IMG/VR virus record: IMGVR_UViG_3300027800_000009
DNA: 40,156 bases
DNA from: a virus
Direction: 5' to 3' (one strand)
Position 1 is the stretch's first letter, and the number at the start of each line of letters is the position of its first letter. The notes under the pieces are model-generated. The model made no database searches. It was given only the letters and a program-made list of their open reading frames with translations, and was not told where the DNA came from. The position numbers and the translations under genes were made by a program. This document shows positions 21,459-31,012 of the stretch, in pieces.

Positions 21459-21869
21459 ATGAACGCAATTACCATCTGGAATAAAGGGAAAAGGACGTGG
21501 CCGCTCAAGAACTCCGAGGGCGTCGAGGTCCGTCTTGAACCGCAGGAATCCTGTCAGGTCGAGGAAGTCTACGGGCTTCGCATGGTCGCGGCGTATCCGA
21601 AAGACCTGACGACGACCGGCGTCGCGGGCCCGTCCATCGACGACATCAAGCGGCGGGAGCAGAGCTTGCGTGATCGGGAAGCGAATCTGGACGCGCGAGA
21701 GAAGGCTCTGGACGAGCGAGAAAAAGCCCTGAAAGAGCCCGCTCCAACAAAAGAAGAGCTTTTGAAGGAAGCGGAAGCGCTGGGGCTCAAACTCGATCCG
21801 GCCATGAGCGTGAAAAAGATCAAGGCCGCAATCGCCGAGAAAAAAGCCGAACCGCCAAAGGCCGAGTAA
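21459..21869 (+). CDS. Hypothetical structural-module protein with coiled coil and HeH/SAP-like C-terminus, 136 aa
   Basis: REQSLRDREANLDAREKALDEREKAL followed by ELLKEAEALGLKLDPAMSVKKIKAAI. Confidence 0.65.
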   Translation: MNAITIWNKGKRTWPLKNSEGVEVRLEPQESCQVEEVYGLRMVAAYPKDLTTTGVAGPSIDDIKRREQSLRDREANLDAREKALDEREKALKEPAPTKEELLKEAEALGLKLDPAMSVKKIKAAIAEKKAEPPKAE

Positions 21870-22292
21870 ATGGGAACCGTAACCCTCGCGTCATTCAAAA
21901 CCCAGTTCGCCCGGAATTTCACGTTCGGCTCGGCCGTGCCCGATATCATGGACGCGGACATCACGAACGCGATTGCCGAGAAAGACGCGGTTTTTAATTT
22001 TTCTTTATATCCTACCGACCGCCCTGAAGCGGGAACGCTCTCCGAGCATTATCTGACGGCGCACTTCCTGACTACCGACGTGGACGCGGCGGACTCGGGC
22101 GGACAAACTAGATTACTTCAGACAAGCCGCAGCGCGGACGGGGTTTCCGAGTCTCTGGACATTCCCGACTGGATGAAGCAGGGGGAATTCGCCTTTTACG
22201 CCTCGACCTACTACGGGCAGAAATATTTGATTCTCTCGAAACCGTACCTCGACGGCGCGGTATTCTCGGTTGAAGGAGGGACAATGCCATGA
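21870..22292 (+). CDS. Head-tail connector protein (DUF4054-like)
   Basis: 140 aa immediately after the capsid region. F..F...F N-terminus and a LTAHFL motif as in DUF4054 adaptor proteins. Confidence 0.65.
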   Translation: MGTVTLASFKTQFARNFTFGSAVPDIMDADITNAIAEKDAVFNFSLYPTDRPEAGTLSEHYLTAHFLTTDVDAADSGGQTRLLQTSRSADGVSESLDIPDWMKQGEFAFYASTYYGQKYLILSKPYLDGAVFSVEGGTMP

Positions 22293-22477
22293 ACAAAAAA
22301 CAGGCCAAGGCCACCCGCAAAGGCTACCGCGAGGCCGGGCAACTCTACTGGACGGACGAAATGGCCGCGATGCTCCGCAAGAAACAAAAAGAGCTCATCG
22401 CGTATCGCGTGGGGTTTCTTGCGTCCCTCGCGTTCGCCGTGGGCGTTGCCGTACTCTACGCGCGGGCGTTTTGGTGA
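22289..22477 (+). CDS. Small membrane protein, 62 aa
   Basis: ATGA overlap, strong RBS GAAGGAGGG, and a C-terminal TM segment FLASLAFAVGVAVLYA. Confidence 0.6.
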   Translation: MNKKQAKATRKGYREAGQLYWTDEMAAMLRKKQKELIAYRVGFLASLAFAVGVAVLYARAFW

Positions 22478-22950
22478 GTTTTAATATCCGCGACGGGCAA
22501 TCCGAAATCCGTGGGGATTTTTCCGGGCTTGAAAAGCTCATCAAGGGGCTCAAGGAAGACCATTCCGTCGATATCGGGTATTTTAAGGACGCAAAGACGC
22601 CGGACGGGCAGAGCGTGGCCGCTTACATGGCTGCCAACGAATTCGGCTCAGTATCGCGGAAATTGCCCGTCCGTTCGTCCGTTCGTATGCCCCTGGAAAA
22701 GAAGCAAAAAGAAATAGCCGCGTATGCTGAAGGGCACGCTCGCGAGCATATCGAGTCGGGCGACGTCAAGGCGATTTTCGAGGACATTGGGATCGCGGGA
22801 CAGGCCAAGATTCAAGAGGCGTTCGATACTGACGGATTCGGGACGTGGCCGCCCGACTCGGATAAAACTATCGCGCGGAAGGGATCTGATGCGGTGTTGA
22901 TTGATACCGGCTTGGCCAGAAAGTCAGTGACGTATGAGGTGGATAGATGA
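22474..22950 (+). CDS. HK97 gp10-like head-tail joining / tail completion protein
   Basis: GTG at 22474 overlaps the upstream stop (GTGA). The C-terminal AVLIDTGLARKSVTYEV is typical of the gp10 family. Confidence 0.65.
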   Translation: MSFNIRDGQSEIRGDFSGLEKLIKGLKEDHSVDIGYFKDAKTPDGQSVAAYMAANEFGSVSRKLPVRSSVRMPLEKKQKEIAAYAEGHAREHIESGDVKAIFEDIGIAGQAKIQEAFDTDGFGTWPPDSDKTIARKGSDAVLIDTGLARKSVTYEVDR

Positions 22951-23534
22951 GTATACCCCGGGTAGAAAATGCCTTTCGCGGCTGGACCAAGCGCCGCGAG
23001 GTGTGGATCATAACGAAAACGGTCGAAAACTTCCTGACCCGGCAAACGGCGGAAATTGTGACAATGGACATCATGGTCGCTCCGCTCAAGCCGGAAGAAG
23101 TTCGACGTCTCCCGGAAGACCAGCGGGCGTGGAAATGGTTCGACGTATTGGTAAAAGCGTCCTCTCGGCCGCTCACGGTTGACTGCCAGATAGTCGTGGA
23201 CGGTATCGTCTACCTCATCGACTCGATCCAAAATTGGAAGGAAGCCGGATACCGGCGCTACCTCGCGACGGAAAACGTCACGGGCGTGAAAACCATGTAT
23301 CCCGTCACGTATTTAGGGAACGGGAACACGGGGGGCAATCCTCCCGGAAAGTTCGCGTACATGACCGGGGGGATCGCTACGATAGCGGCCAACACCATGA
23401 CGCGTGACGGATTCGCGTTCGTCGAGTGGAATACCGTGGCCGATGGAACGGGGTCGGGGTACGATCCCGCTGATACGTTGACGATGGGCTCGGCGGCGGT
23501 TACACTGTACGCGATATGGGAGGCGGTGGGGTGA
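22947..23534 (+). CDS. Neck/tail-completion protein with a C-terminal Listeria-Bacteroides repeat (Flg_new-like) domain
   Basis: C-terminal YPVTYLGNGNTGG...RDGFAFVEWNTVADGTGSGYDPADTLTMGSAAVTLYAIWE matches the G..F.GWNT..DGSG..Y....TLYA.W repeat pattern. Confidence 0.65.
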   Translation: MSIPRVENAFRGWTKRREVWIITKTVENFLTRQTAEIVTMDIMVAPLKPEEVRRLPEDQRAWKWFDVLVKASSRPLTVDCQIVVDGIVYLIDSIQNWKEAGYRRYLATENVTGVKTMYPVTYLGNGNTGGNPPGKFAYMTGGIATIAANTMTRDGFAFVEWNTVADGTGSGYDPADTLTMGSAAVTLYAIWEAVG

Positions 23535-23704
23535 TCGAATGGATAAGCGTAAAAGATAAACTACCGGAAGAAGGGAAAGATGTTCTTTGCGTTGATAGCA
23601 AGGGCGCATTCATTGGTTGTTATCGTGAAGGCGTTTGGTATGATATAGATAGTTGTGGTTTACGCCCAACTCACTGGATGCCGTTGCCGGAGACACCCAA
23701 ATGA
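23531..23704 (+). CDS. DUF551-like protein, 57 aa
   Basis: GTG at 23531 after GGGAGG, overlapping the upstream stop. WISVKDKLPEEGKDVL...THWMPLPETP is the DUF551 signature. Confidence 0.65.
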   Translation: MIEWISVKDKLPEEGKDVLCVDSKGAFIGCYREGVWYDIDSCGLRPTHWMPLPETPK

Positions 23705-24201
23705 CCATCACCCAATGCGGACAGCTTCTCGGCACGATCCTCGCGGCCTATACCGGAATAAATCCCGCGCGTATCATCCTGAAAAACGAAAAGTACGACG
23801 CCCCGAAAGACGGCACCCCCTATATCCTGATCGACTATGACGGCATGGCGGGCATGGTAGGTATCGTGTCGAAAAAGAACTATTCAACCAATATGGAAAC
23901 CATGTCGATGTCCGCGCACGAGCGTTTTGCTGTGGAACTCTGCGGGTTCGGGCAGGAAGCGACCGACCGGAAGAATGAAATACCGATGGCCTTGCGCTCT
24001 TCCATCGCTATCAGGGCGGCGGAAGATGCCAACTGCGCTATTTACGTTGCCGGCCCGACGCTTGACCTTTCCAGTATCGAAGGAAGCTCCGCCTTGCGCC
24101 GTTACCGAATACCGGTTATTATGAGTAATCTTGATACTAAGACCTTGGCGGAAACGATGATCGACAAATTCGTGACGCCTACAATCGAAACGGAGGCCTA
24201 A
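23701..24201 (+). CDS. Tail terminator / sheath-proximal neck protein candidate, 166 aa
   Basis: ATGA overlap, directly upstream of the sheath gene. Function is assigned from position only. Confidence 0.55.
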   Translation: MTITQCGQLLGTILAAYTGINPARIILKNEKYDAPKDGTPYILIDYDGMAGMVGIVSKKNYSTNMETMSMSAHERFAVELCGFGQEATDRKNEIPMALRSSIAIRAAEDANCAIYVAGPTLDLSSIEGSSALRRYRIPVIMSNLDTKTLAETMIDKFVTPTIETEA

Positions 24202-24203
24202 AC

Positions 24204-25676
24204 ATGGCGGGAAAGCTCAGTATTTCCAATTTTATCCAAGTGACGCTCTTGGCGGCACTGCGCGGGCTCGCGGATGTGAACACCTCCGCGCTCGCGTTTT
24301 TCGCGGACGAGGTCCCGATCCCGTCGAATTACGGTGACTACGGGATTTATACCGGGCCCGATGGAGTGGCCGACGACTTCGGCGCAAGCTCGGACGCGTA
24401 CCGTATCGCGGTATCGGTGTTCAGCCAGTCGCCGAACATTATGAGCGCGGGCGGATCCCTCGTTATCATTCCCCGGCTTGCCGCGGCCACTGCAAGTGCG
24501 GCAACCATCTTGGGAACCGGCCCGGTCGACCTGACGGCGTTAAAAGCGACCGACTATAAAATCAGTCTGGCAATCGACGGCGGAGCCGATGCGGACATTA
24601 CCATCGGGGCAATCGACTCAACTTCCCTGCTCACGGCGACCGCTTCGCTCAATCCCTACGCGCTCGAAACGGCCGGGGCGATTATTGAAGTGACCGGCGA
24701 GCTCACGGCGGCGCTGATTACCCTGAAATCCGATACCGCCGGTGCAACGTCCGCCCTGACCGTCGGCTCGGCGGCCGCGACCGATATCGCTCCCAGCTTA
24801 AAATTGGCCGGGTCCGCGACAGGTGCGGCGACGGGAACCGAACGGCTCAAGGACGCAGTCCTCCGGGCTTCGGCGCTCGTGCCGTTCTTTGGGATTATCT
24901 CGACCGACAAGCCTGCCGATGCGCTCTTTTTGGAGACCGCGAAAACCATACAGACGATGGATAAACTATGGATCGTCGGTTCTCCGACCGTAGCAGATAT
25001 CAAAGGCGTGTTTACCACGATTCTGAATGCAGGACTCACGCATACCCGGTGCCTGTTTTATTCCTCGTCCGCTGATGACGCGTTTGATTTTGCGGCGGGT
25101 TACGCGGGGCGGGGACTTTCGATTGACTTCTCGGGATTCAATACGGCGCACACGATGCACGGCAAGGAAATCGTCGGCATGGTTGCCGATCCCGGCATGA
25201 CGCAGACCGTACTTACCGACTGCAAGAATGCCGGCGTTGATTTCTACGGTGACTTTGGCGTTCCGAAAGTCTTTGCCTCCGGGGCGAATCAGTTTTTTGA
25301 TCAGATTTATTCCCGCCTTGCGTTCAAGCTCCGGCTGACCATCGCGGGATTCAATTTCCTGACCACGACCAACACCAAGATCCCGCAGACCGAGGAAGGG
25401 ATGAACGGGCTGAAAGGCGCATATCGTAAGGTTTGCCAGCAGTTTGTCCAGGCGGGTGTTTTCGCTCCCGGAACGTGGAATTCCTCGACGACCTTTGGAA
25501 AACCCGAAGATCATATCAGGAATATCGCCGGTTTTGGTTATTACATCTATTCCATGCCGATTTCCCTGCAGTCGGCAATCGATCGCGCGGCCCGCAAGGC
25601 TCCTGCGACGTACATTGCCTGTAAGGACTCGGGTGCGATCCACTCGGCCGATGTCTCGGTGATGGTAGAGGCGTAA
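24204..25676 (+). CDS. Tail sheath protein (DUF3383-type)
   Basis: 490 aa, RBS ACGGAGG. N-terminus MAGKLSISNFIQVTL. It is followed by a tube-sized gene, chaperones and a tape measure. Confidence 0.8.
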   Translation: MAGKLSISNFIQVTLLAALRGLADVNTSALAFFADEVPIPSNYGDYGIYTGPDGVADDFGASSDAYRIAVSVFSQSPNIMSAGGSLVIIPRLAAATASAATILGTGPVDLTALKATDYKISLAIDGGADADITIGAIDSTSLLTATASLNPYALETAGAIIEVTGELTAALITLKSDTAGATSALTVGSAAATDIAPSLKLAGSATGAATGTERLKDAVLRASALVPFFGIISTDKPADALFLETAKTIQTMDKLWIVGSPTVADIKGVFTTILNAGLTHTRCLFYSSSADDAFDFAAGYAGRGLSIDFSGFNTAHTMHGKEIVGMVADPGMTQTVLTDCKNAGVDFYGDFGVPKVFASGANQFFDQIYSRLAFKLRLTIAGFNFLTTTNTKIPQTEEGMNGLKGAYRKVCQQFVQAGVFAPGTWNSSTTFGKPEDHIRNIAGFGYYIYSMPISLQSAIDRAARKAPATYIACKDSGAIHSADVSVMVEA

Positions 25677-25726
25677 AACAGAGCTCGCCGCAAGGCGGGC
25701 TTATCTTTAACTTAAGAAGGTAATAC

Positions 25727-26179
25727 ATGAGCGTAGCACTTACCGGAAAAGATACGACCATTCTTGACACCCGAATGCTTACCGATTTTGGCACAGGGGA
25801 CGTCGTCAATATCGAAGCCCCGAACAATCTGGTCGAGCTTAAGCAGGGAAAAAACGGGAATGCGGTTTATGCCTACAATGCTTCGGGAAAGCAGGTAAAC
25901 GTCACGGTCCGCGTAATTCGCGGGTCCGGAGACGACAAGTATCTTGCGTCCAGGATGCAGGAATATATCAACGACCCCGCGGGCTTTATCCTCATTTCGG
26001 GCGAGTTTATCAAACGGTCGGGCGATGGCGCCGGAAACATCACGAACGAGGTTTACCCCCTTTCTGGCGGTGTTATCCAGAAATTGTCGGGCGGAAAAGA
26101 AAACGTCGAGGGAGATACCGAACAGGCGATTTCTATTTACGTTATCGTCTTTGCGAATGCCGACCGGGTCTTGGGGTAA
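25727..26179 (+). CDS. Tail tube protein (DUF3277-type)
   Basis: 150 aa between the sheath and chaperone genes, with RBS AAGAAGG. Confidence 0.75.
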   Translation: MSVALTGKDTTILDTRMLTDFGTGDVVNIEAPNNLVELKQGKNGNAVYAYNASGKQVNVTVRVIRGSGDDKYLASRMQEYINDPAGFILISGEFIKRSGDGAGNITNEVYPLSGGVIQKLSGGKENVEGDTEQAISIYVIVFANADRVLG

Positions 26180-26182
26180 GAT

Positions 26183-26644
26183 ATGAAAATTTCAGGAGTG
26201 GAAATTCATATCGAGCTCGCGGAATTCAGGGACGCCCTTGCGCTGCAGAAAGCACTAGGGCGATCTTTGAAGGGACAAAAACTCGACCTTGCGGGGGTGT
26301 CCTCCGACGTTATCAAAAAAGACGATTCCGGGAACATCGACGTTTCATCGGTTGATCTTTCCGGGGCAGGAGGGATCGCGACAACGATTCTAAATTTGCT
26401 TTTAGGGCCCGTTTGCTCGGATGAAGTAGAATCGGCGGCTTTGGCGTGCGCAAAAAAATGCTACGTCGAATCGACGCGCGACCCGATCAATATGGACTTT
26501 TTTGACAAGCCAGAGAATCGTGAACTCTATTACCCGATAATGGTCGAGGTAATAAAGGCAAATTGCGGCCCTTTTATCAAAGGCCTCGTTTCGTCGTTCG
26601 GGGACCTCGGGGCGATTCTCGGAAAAGGCCTGACACGGAAATAA
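26183..26644 (+). CDS. Tail assembly chaperone (short form)
   Basis: 153-aa acidic protein upstream of the tape measure. It contains the slippery site at 26569..26575. Confidence 0.75.
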   Translation: MKISGVEIHIELAEFRDALALQKALGRSLKGQKLDLAGVSSDVIKKDDSGNIDVSSVDLSGAGGIATTILNLLLGPVCSDEVESAALACAKKCYVESTRDPINMDFFDKPENRELYYPIMVEVIKANCGPFIKGLVSSFGDLGAILGKGLTRK

Positions 26645-26817
26645 ACGTTGACGACGTGGAGCTTATCGCCTTGCGACTTGCGAAGGCGGGATATTATGGC
26701 GGAGATCCAGGAGCCATAAAACGCGCCCCGGTTGACGACGTCTTAAATGTTCTTTCATATGACGTTTTCTTGAGTGAATATGATAGCGTCGAATATGAAA
26801 TAAACAAAAAAGAATAG
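26183..26817 (+). CDS. Tail assembly chaperone, -1 frameshift-extended form
   Basis: ORF 26563..26817 lies in the -1 frame relative to 26183..26644 and overlaps its 3' end. Slipping at C CCT TTT would join ...ANCGPF to YQRPRF... Confidence 0.6.
26569..26575 (+). promoter_or_regulatory. Programmed -1 frameshift slippery heptamer C_CCT_TTT
   Basis: X_XXY_YYZ pattern in the zero frame (GGC CCT TTT ATC), inside the overlap of the two chaperone frames. Confidence 0.6.
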
Positions 26818-26837
26818 AAGGGTTTTCGGACCCGGCT

Positions 26838-26879
26838 CGGCGCGGGGTGCTAACCACTCCTACCCGCGCCGGGTTTTTT
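26838..26879 (+). terminator. Intrinsic terminator/attenuator between the chaperone and tape-measure genes
   Basis: CGGCGCGGG-17 nt loop-CCCGCGCCG, then GG TTTTTT. It is followed by TGT TACAAT (26881-26889), an extended -10-like element. Confidence 0.5.
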
Positions 26880-26908
26880 GTGTTACAATGGAGGCGCGGG
26901 GAGGTATT

Positions 26909-28333
26909 ATGAATATCCTTGAACTTTTTGCGCATATAGGATTGAAGGCCGACACCGGCCCCGCCGAAGCGTTCGGGAAAGGAATAAACGGTATCAAGGG
27001 GGCAATCGTCGGCGCGGTCGCGGGTACGCTTTCCCTATCGGCTGCCGTCAAGGCCGTCAATGATCAATTCAATCAATCCCTAACCATGCAGAAATTCGCC
27101 GATGACACCGGCCAGTCAGTCGAGGAAATGCAGAAATGGAAAGCCGTCGCGCAGCAAGTCTCCGGAGCCGGGGCAACGGTCGCCGAAAGCATACGGGCGA
27201 TATCCTCCAATCAAGCAAAAATACGGCTCGGGCAGGGCAATATCTCGGGATATCAACTTCTCGGGATAGATTCGCGTTCCGACCCGTTCAAGGTGCTGGA
27301 AGCGATACGGACGAAAACTCAAGGGCTTTCTCAATCCATGCGCCGGAATATTGCGGGGCAGTTTGGTATCTCCAATGACCTCGTAAAAACGCTTGAGCTC
27401 ACAAATGAGGAATTCGACAAGATGGCAGCGAAGGCTTTCGTCATTCCTTCGGAAAATATCGACGCAATGAATAAAGCTAGAGGTTCGCTCGAAACGGTTA
27501 AAAACGCCGTAAACTTTTTGACGGCCAAATTTGTCACGGCATTGGCACCATCAATCAAGTTGGTTTCGGATAAGATCGCGGAGTTTGTGCGAAATTACGG
27601 AGCAAGTCTTTCCCGTTGGATTCAGCAAATAACACAAACGATAACGCGCGTTCTCGGCCTTATCGATCAGACAATAAAAAGTACCGTTGGATGGAAGACC
27701 GTGTTAATAGCTTTGGCAGCAGTTTTTTTCATGCTAAATTCTGCGATCATGTTGCCAGTTGCCGCTATAGCACTTCTTTTTATTGCACTTGAAGATATCG
27801 CGGCCTATTCTCGCGGAGAGGATAGCTTGGTTGGAAGATTTTTGAAAGGAATGCCGGAATTCAAAAAAGTTTTTGACGATTTACTTGAGATAGTACAATT
27901 ACTCATAACGGCCATAGGCTCGGTTTTCTCCGGAGATTTTTCAAAGCTCGACGAAATGACCCGCAAGTGGGGACTTTTCGGAGACGTTTTGACCGTAATC
28001 GCGCACGCACTTGAAATTATAAATCGAGGCCTTTCGATGGAAGATTTCAACGCAAGTATGAAGGGAATTAAAGAAAAAGGATTTTTTCAGGAATACGGCG
28101 AGCAATGGGGAAACCTTTGGGAACAGGTAAAAAACACCGATTGGACAGGAAATAAAGCCGCAGCCGCGGCCGAACAATCGTCCGGAGCCGTAACAAACGT
28201 AACGACCAGCGCGGTAATTACCGTTCAGGGCGCGACCGACCCGACGGCAACAGGACAAGCCGTTTCCGATTATATCAGGCGCGAGCAACAGAAGGCCTTT
28301 GATATGAGCGCCAAGAGGAAGGCCGAAAAATGA
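26909..28333 (+). CDS. Tail tape measure protein
   Basis: Start at ATG 26909 after GGGGAGGTATT. Alpha-helical with internal hydrophobic segments (LIALAAVFFMLNSAIMLPVAAIALLFIAL). Position after the frameshifted chaperones. Confidence 0.82.
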   Translation: MNILELFAHIGLKADTGPAEAFGKGINGIKGAIVGAVAGTLSLSAAVKAVNDQFNQSLTMQKFADDTGQSVEEMQKWKAVAQQVSGAGATVAESIRAISSNQAKIRLGQGNISGYQLLGIDSRSDPFKVLEAIRTKTQGLSQSMRRNIAGQFGISNDLVKTLELTNEEFDKMAAKAFVIPSENIDAMNKARGSLETVKNAVNFLTAKFVTALAPSIKLVSDKIAEFVRNYGASLSRWIQQITQTITRVLGLIDQTIKSTVGWKTVLIALAAVFFMLNSAIMLPVAAIALLFIALEDIAAYSRGEDSLVGRFLKGMPEFKKVFDDLLEIVQLLITAIGSVFSGDFSKLDEMTRKWGLFGDVLTVIAHALEIINRGLSMEDFNASMKGIKEKGFFQEYGEQWGNLWEQVKNTDWTGNKAAAAAEQSSGAVTNVTTSAVITVQGATDPTATGQAVSDYIRREQQKAFDMSAKRKAEK

Positions 28334-29160
28334 GTTTTTCACTAATCAAGCAGAAAGAACAAAACGACGTCAATCTTTCTTCTGAGGCAAAGGATTACCT
28401 GGATGAAAAGTCACAGGCCATTTTAATGGTTTCTGGACGAAAGGGAATCTCGGGATGGGTTTTCGATATCCCCACCGGAGAGACGTTGACGTCAAAGGTA
28501 AGTATTTCGAAGCATTACACCGAAAACGGATCGGTAATAAGCGATCACGCAATTAATGAACCTGACGAAATAACTTTAACTGGGTTTGTAGGTGAACTGG
28601 TTTATCGAAAGCCGCAAGGAATCGAGGGGGCGCTTTCGGAAGCTGCGTCTCGGCTTTCGACGGTCAACGCATATCTAGGACCATTTACGCAAGGATATAC
28701 CCAAAAGGCCGCACAGGTTGCCCAGCAGGCGGCCTACGTCGCGAACCAAGCGAAAGCGATCGCAAAGCGCGCGTCGAATATAATCGATTTTTTCAAAGGA
28801 AACGAAGCAACTTTGACCAAACAGCAACAGGCCTATTTCGAGATAATGGCCTTGCAAAAGACGCACCAAAGGGTATACGTTTTAACGCCATGGAATTTTC
28901 ACCGGCGATTCTTAATTTCCCAGGTAGTTGCCCGACAAGATGAGTCGTCAAATGATTTTACCGATTTTTCCGTCACGCTACAGGAAATGAGGTTTACCGA
29001 CGTTGAAACAACTACTTTCGACGAAGGAAACTACAAATCAGCGATCGCGGCGCAAAATGCGTCAAAAGACGAAATTGGTAAAGTAGCAGGAAAGAACGGA
29101 AAACAGTTTAACACCACGGCGTTGGCGTTGGCTGATGCAGGGGGAATATTGCCGCCATGA
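28330..29160 (+). CDS. Tail/baseplate-associated protein, 276 aa
   Basis: ATGA overlap with the tape measure. It occupies the position of distal-tail / DNA-circulation-like proteins in Mu-type baseplate modules. Confidence 0.6.
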   Translation: MSFSLIKQKEQNDVNLSSEAKDYLDEKSQAILMVSGRKGISGWVFDIPTGETLTSKVSISKHYTENGSVISDHAINEPDEITLTGFVGELVYRKPQGIEGALSEAASRLSTVNAYLGPFTQGYTQKAAQVAQQAAYVANQAKAIAKRASNIIDFFKGNEATLTKQQQAYFEIMALQKTHQRVYVLTPWNFHRRFLISQVVARQDESSNDFTDFSVTLQEMRFTDVETTTFDEGNYKSAIAAQNASKDEIGKVAGKNGKQFNTTALALADAGGILPP

Positions 29161-29513
29161 CACAAATAACTGGCTTGCGGGCCTCGCCTTTCCAAAGTTT
29201 TAATATCCCTGATCCTGACAAACGTAAAACGGTTTATTTCACGCTGCGATTCTCTCCACGGACGCAATCCTGGTATATGGATATTGAATACGAGGGATTC
29301 ATTGCCAACGGGATAAAAGTCGTCCGCGGAATGAACATTTTGAAACGGAACATCAATACACTACCCTTTGGTCTTACGGTAACGGTCTCTGATAACCTCG
29401 AGCCGTTTTTAATCAATGATTTCGTTTCTGGCCGCGTTTCGATCTATATTCTTTCGCATTCGGAATGCGTTGACGTAGAAAACATGATTATCGAAGGATA
29501 TTCGGTCCCGTGA
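29157..29513 (+). CDS. Baseplate-module protein, 118 aa
   Basis: Translationally coupled on both sides (ATGA, GTGA). Confidence 0.6.
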   Translation: MTQITGLRASPFQSFNIPDPDKRKTVYFTLRFSPRTQSWYMDIEYEGFIANGIKVVRGMNILKRNINTLPFGLTVTVSDNLEPFLINDFVSGRVSIYILSHSECVDVENMIIEGYSVP

Positions 29514-30373
29514 AATTCATACGCAATTATGAAATAAGAATTACCACCCCAAACGGCTACGCGATAACCATAGCGCCACCGATCACTTGCTCCCTCGAGG
29601 TCGAACAATCGGTAAAAGGTTCTTCACTTTCAAATGCGTCTGTAACGATCACCAATCTTGCACCAAACACGCGCGCGCGACTCGGAAAAGACAAGTTTAC
29701 ACCGGTTGATTATTGGCAGATAATTATTTTGGCCGGTTATGGGAATGCCTTAATCGAGATTTTCCGTGGAAACATTCAAGAGGGTTATTCTTACAAACAG
29801 GGTACCGAATGGATTACCAAACTAGAATGCTATGACGGTGCCTACCAGGTGCAAAACGGGTTTATGTCAGAAACGTTTACAAAAGACATGAACCTTAAAG
29901 ACGTGATTTCCCGCAGCGTAAAAAGTATGCCGCAGCTTTTATCGGGGGTTCTTGGAAGCCCTGCAGAGAAAGCATCGCCCGCGCGCGGTAGGGTGGTAAT
30001 AGGAAACCCTTACGACGAAATACAAAAAATGAGTGACGGGCAGGCTTTTATATCGGGCGAAAAATTATATGTTTTGGCCGATAACGAAGTAATGTCAGGA
30101 GAGGTTTTTGTTCTTTCGGCAGAAGATAATAAAACGACGCCAAAACGTCGCGATGGATATCTCGAGGTCGAAAGAATCTTTTCACCCGAACTTAAAGTCG
30201 GAAGGATTGCCGAGGTCAGATCGATGAGCGAAAAGTATAACGGTCAGTATAAAATATTCGGGGTAAAGCATTCGGCTGTTTTTTCTCAATCAGAAGCCGG
30301 TGACGCGGCGACGACGGTTTCCCTTTTTATTGGAAGCGAGCCGCTTTTGGAGATTAAGGGGGAAGAAAATTGA
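29510..30373 (+). CDS. Baseplate hub-like protein, 287 aa
   Basis: GTG start overlapping the upstream stop. It precedes the spike gene. Function is assigned from position only. Confidence 0.6.
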   Translation: MKFIRNYEIRITTPNGYAITIAPPITCSLEVEQSVKGSSLSNASVTITNLAPNTRARLGKDKFTPVDYWQIIILAGYGNALIEIFRGNIQEGYSYKQGTEWITKLECYDGAYQVQNGFMSETFTKDMNLKDVISRSVKSMPQLLSGVLGSPAEKASPARGRVVIGNPYDEIQKMSDGQAFISGEKLYVLADNEVMSGEVFVLSAEDNKTTPKRRDGYLEVERIFSPELKVGRIAEVRSMSEKYNGQYKIFGVKHSAVFSQSEAGDAATTVSLFIGSEPLLEIKGEEN

Positions 30374-31011
30374 AAGCAGAACAAATACTTCCTGCGGATA
30401 CGCGGGCGGTCCTCGACGCACAAAAGGCCGATATTTTTTCCACCTTTCATTGTATTCAAATTGGAAAAATTGAGAAAGTAACCAAGGCCGAGCAAACCGT
30501 CGAAGTAACGCTGCAGATACGAAGGCCTGCACAGGACGGAACGAGCGCGGCAATTCCACTTTTGGTTGACGTGCCTTATTTCGTGCTGCAGGGCGGAGGG
30601 GCGTATATCGATATGCCAATAGCCGTCGGGGATTATTGTATCGTTCTTTTCAATGACCGGGATATTGATACTTGGTGGAGTACGGCAAACCAGGCCGACC
30701 CCGCATCCTCGAGGAAACACGATCTTTCCGACGGGATTGCCATTGTTGGTATCAACCCAAAGACGTCAGTCCGGGATATGGACGGGACGAAAACTAGGGT
30801 AATCAACCCTGACGGGATTGAATTAAACGGTAATTCTAAAGCCTTTGTTACTCACGCGGAGCTTGATTCGGCGTTGCAGACGTTCAAAACAGACCTGAAT
30901 TTGCACGTTCATACCAGCGCGGTATCAGGAAGCCCGACAAGTCCTCCGATATCGCCAATGAGCATCGACATTTCCGCAGCGAAAACGACAACTGTAAAGA
31001 CGGGAGGGTAA
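30370..31011 (+). CDS. Baseplate central spike (gpV / Mu gp45-like)
   Basis: TTG start overlapping the stop (TTGA), after GGGGGAAG. The motif IAVGDYCIVLFNDRDIDTWW...HDLSDGIAIVG is typical of phage baseplate assembly protein V. Confidence 0.72.
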   Translation: MKAEQILPADTRAVLDAQKADIFSTFHCIQIGKIEKVTKAEQTVEVTLQIRRPAQDGTSAAIPLLVDVPYFVLQGGGAYIDMPIAVGDYCIVLFNDRDIDTWWSTANQADPASSRKHDLSDGIAIVGINPKTSVRDMDGTKTRVINPDGIELNGNSKAFVTHAELDSALQTFKTDLNLHVHTSAVSGSPTSPPISPMSIDISAAKTTTVKTGG

Positions 31012-31012
31012 T

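Noticed and set aside
22270-22473. N-terminal extension of the gp10-like ORF (the 226-aa version).
   Set aside because: It overlaps the end of the DUF4054-like gene and all of the well-supported 62-aa ORF, which has a strong GAAGGAGGG RBS. The extension is Arg-rich and low-complexity. A GTGA-coupled start at 22474 fits the operon pattern.
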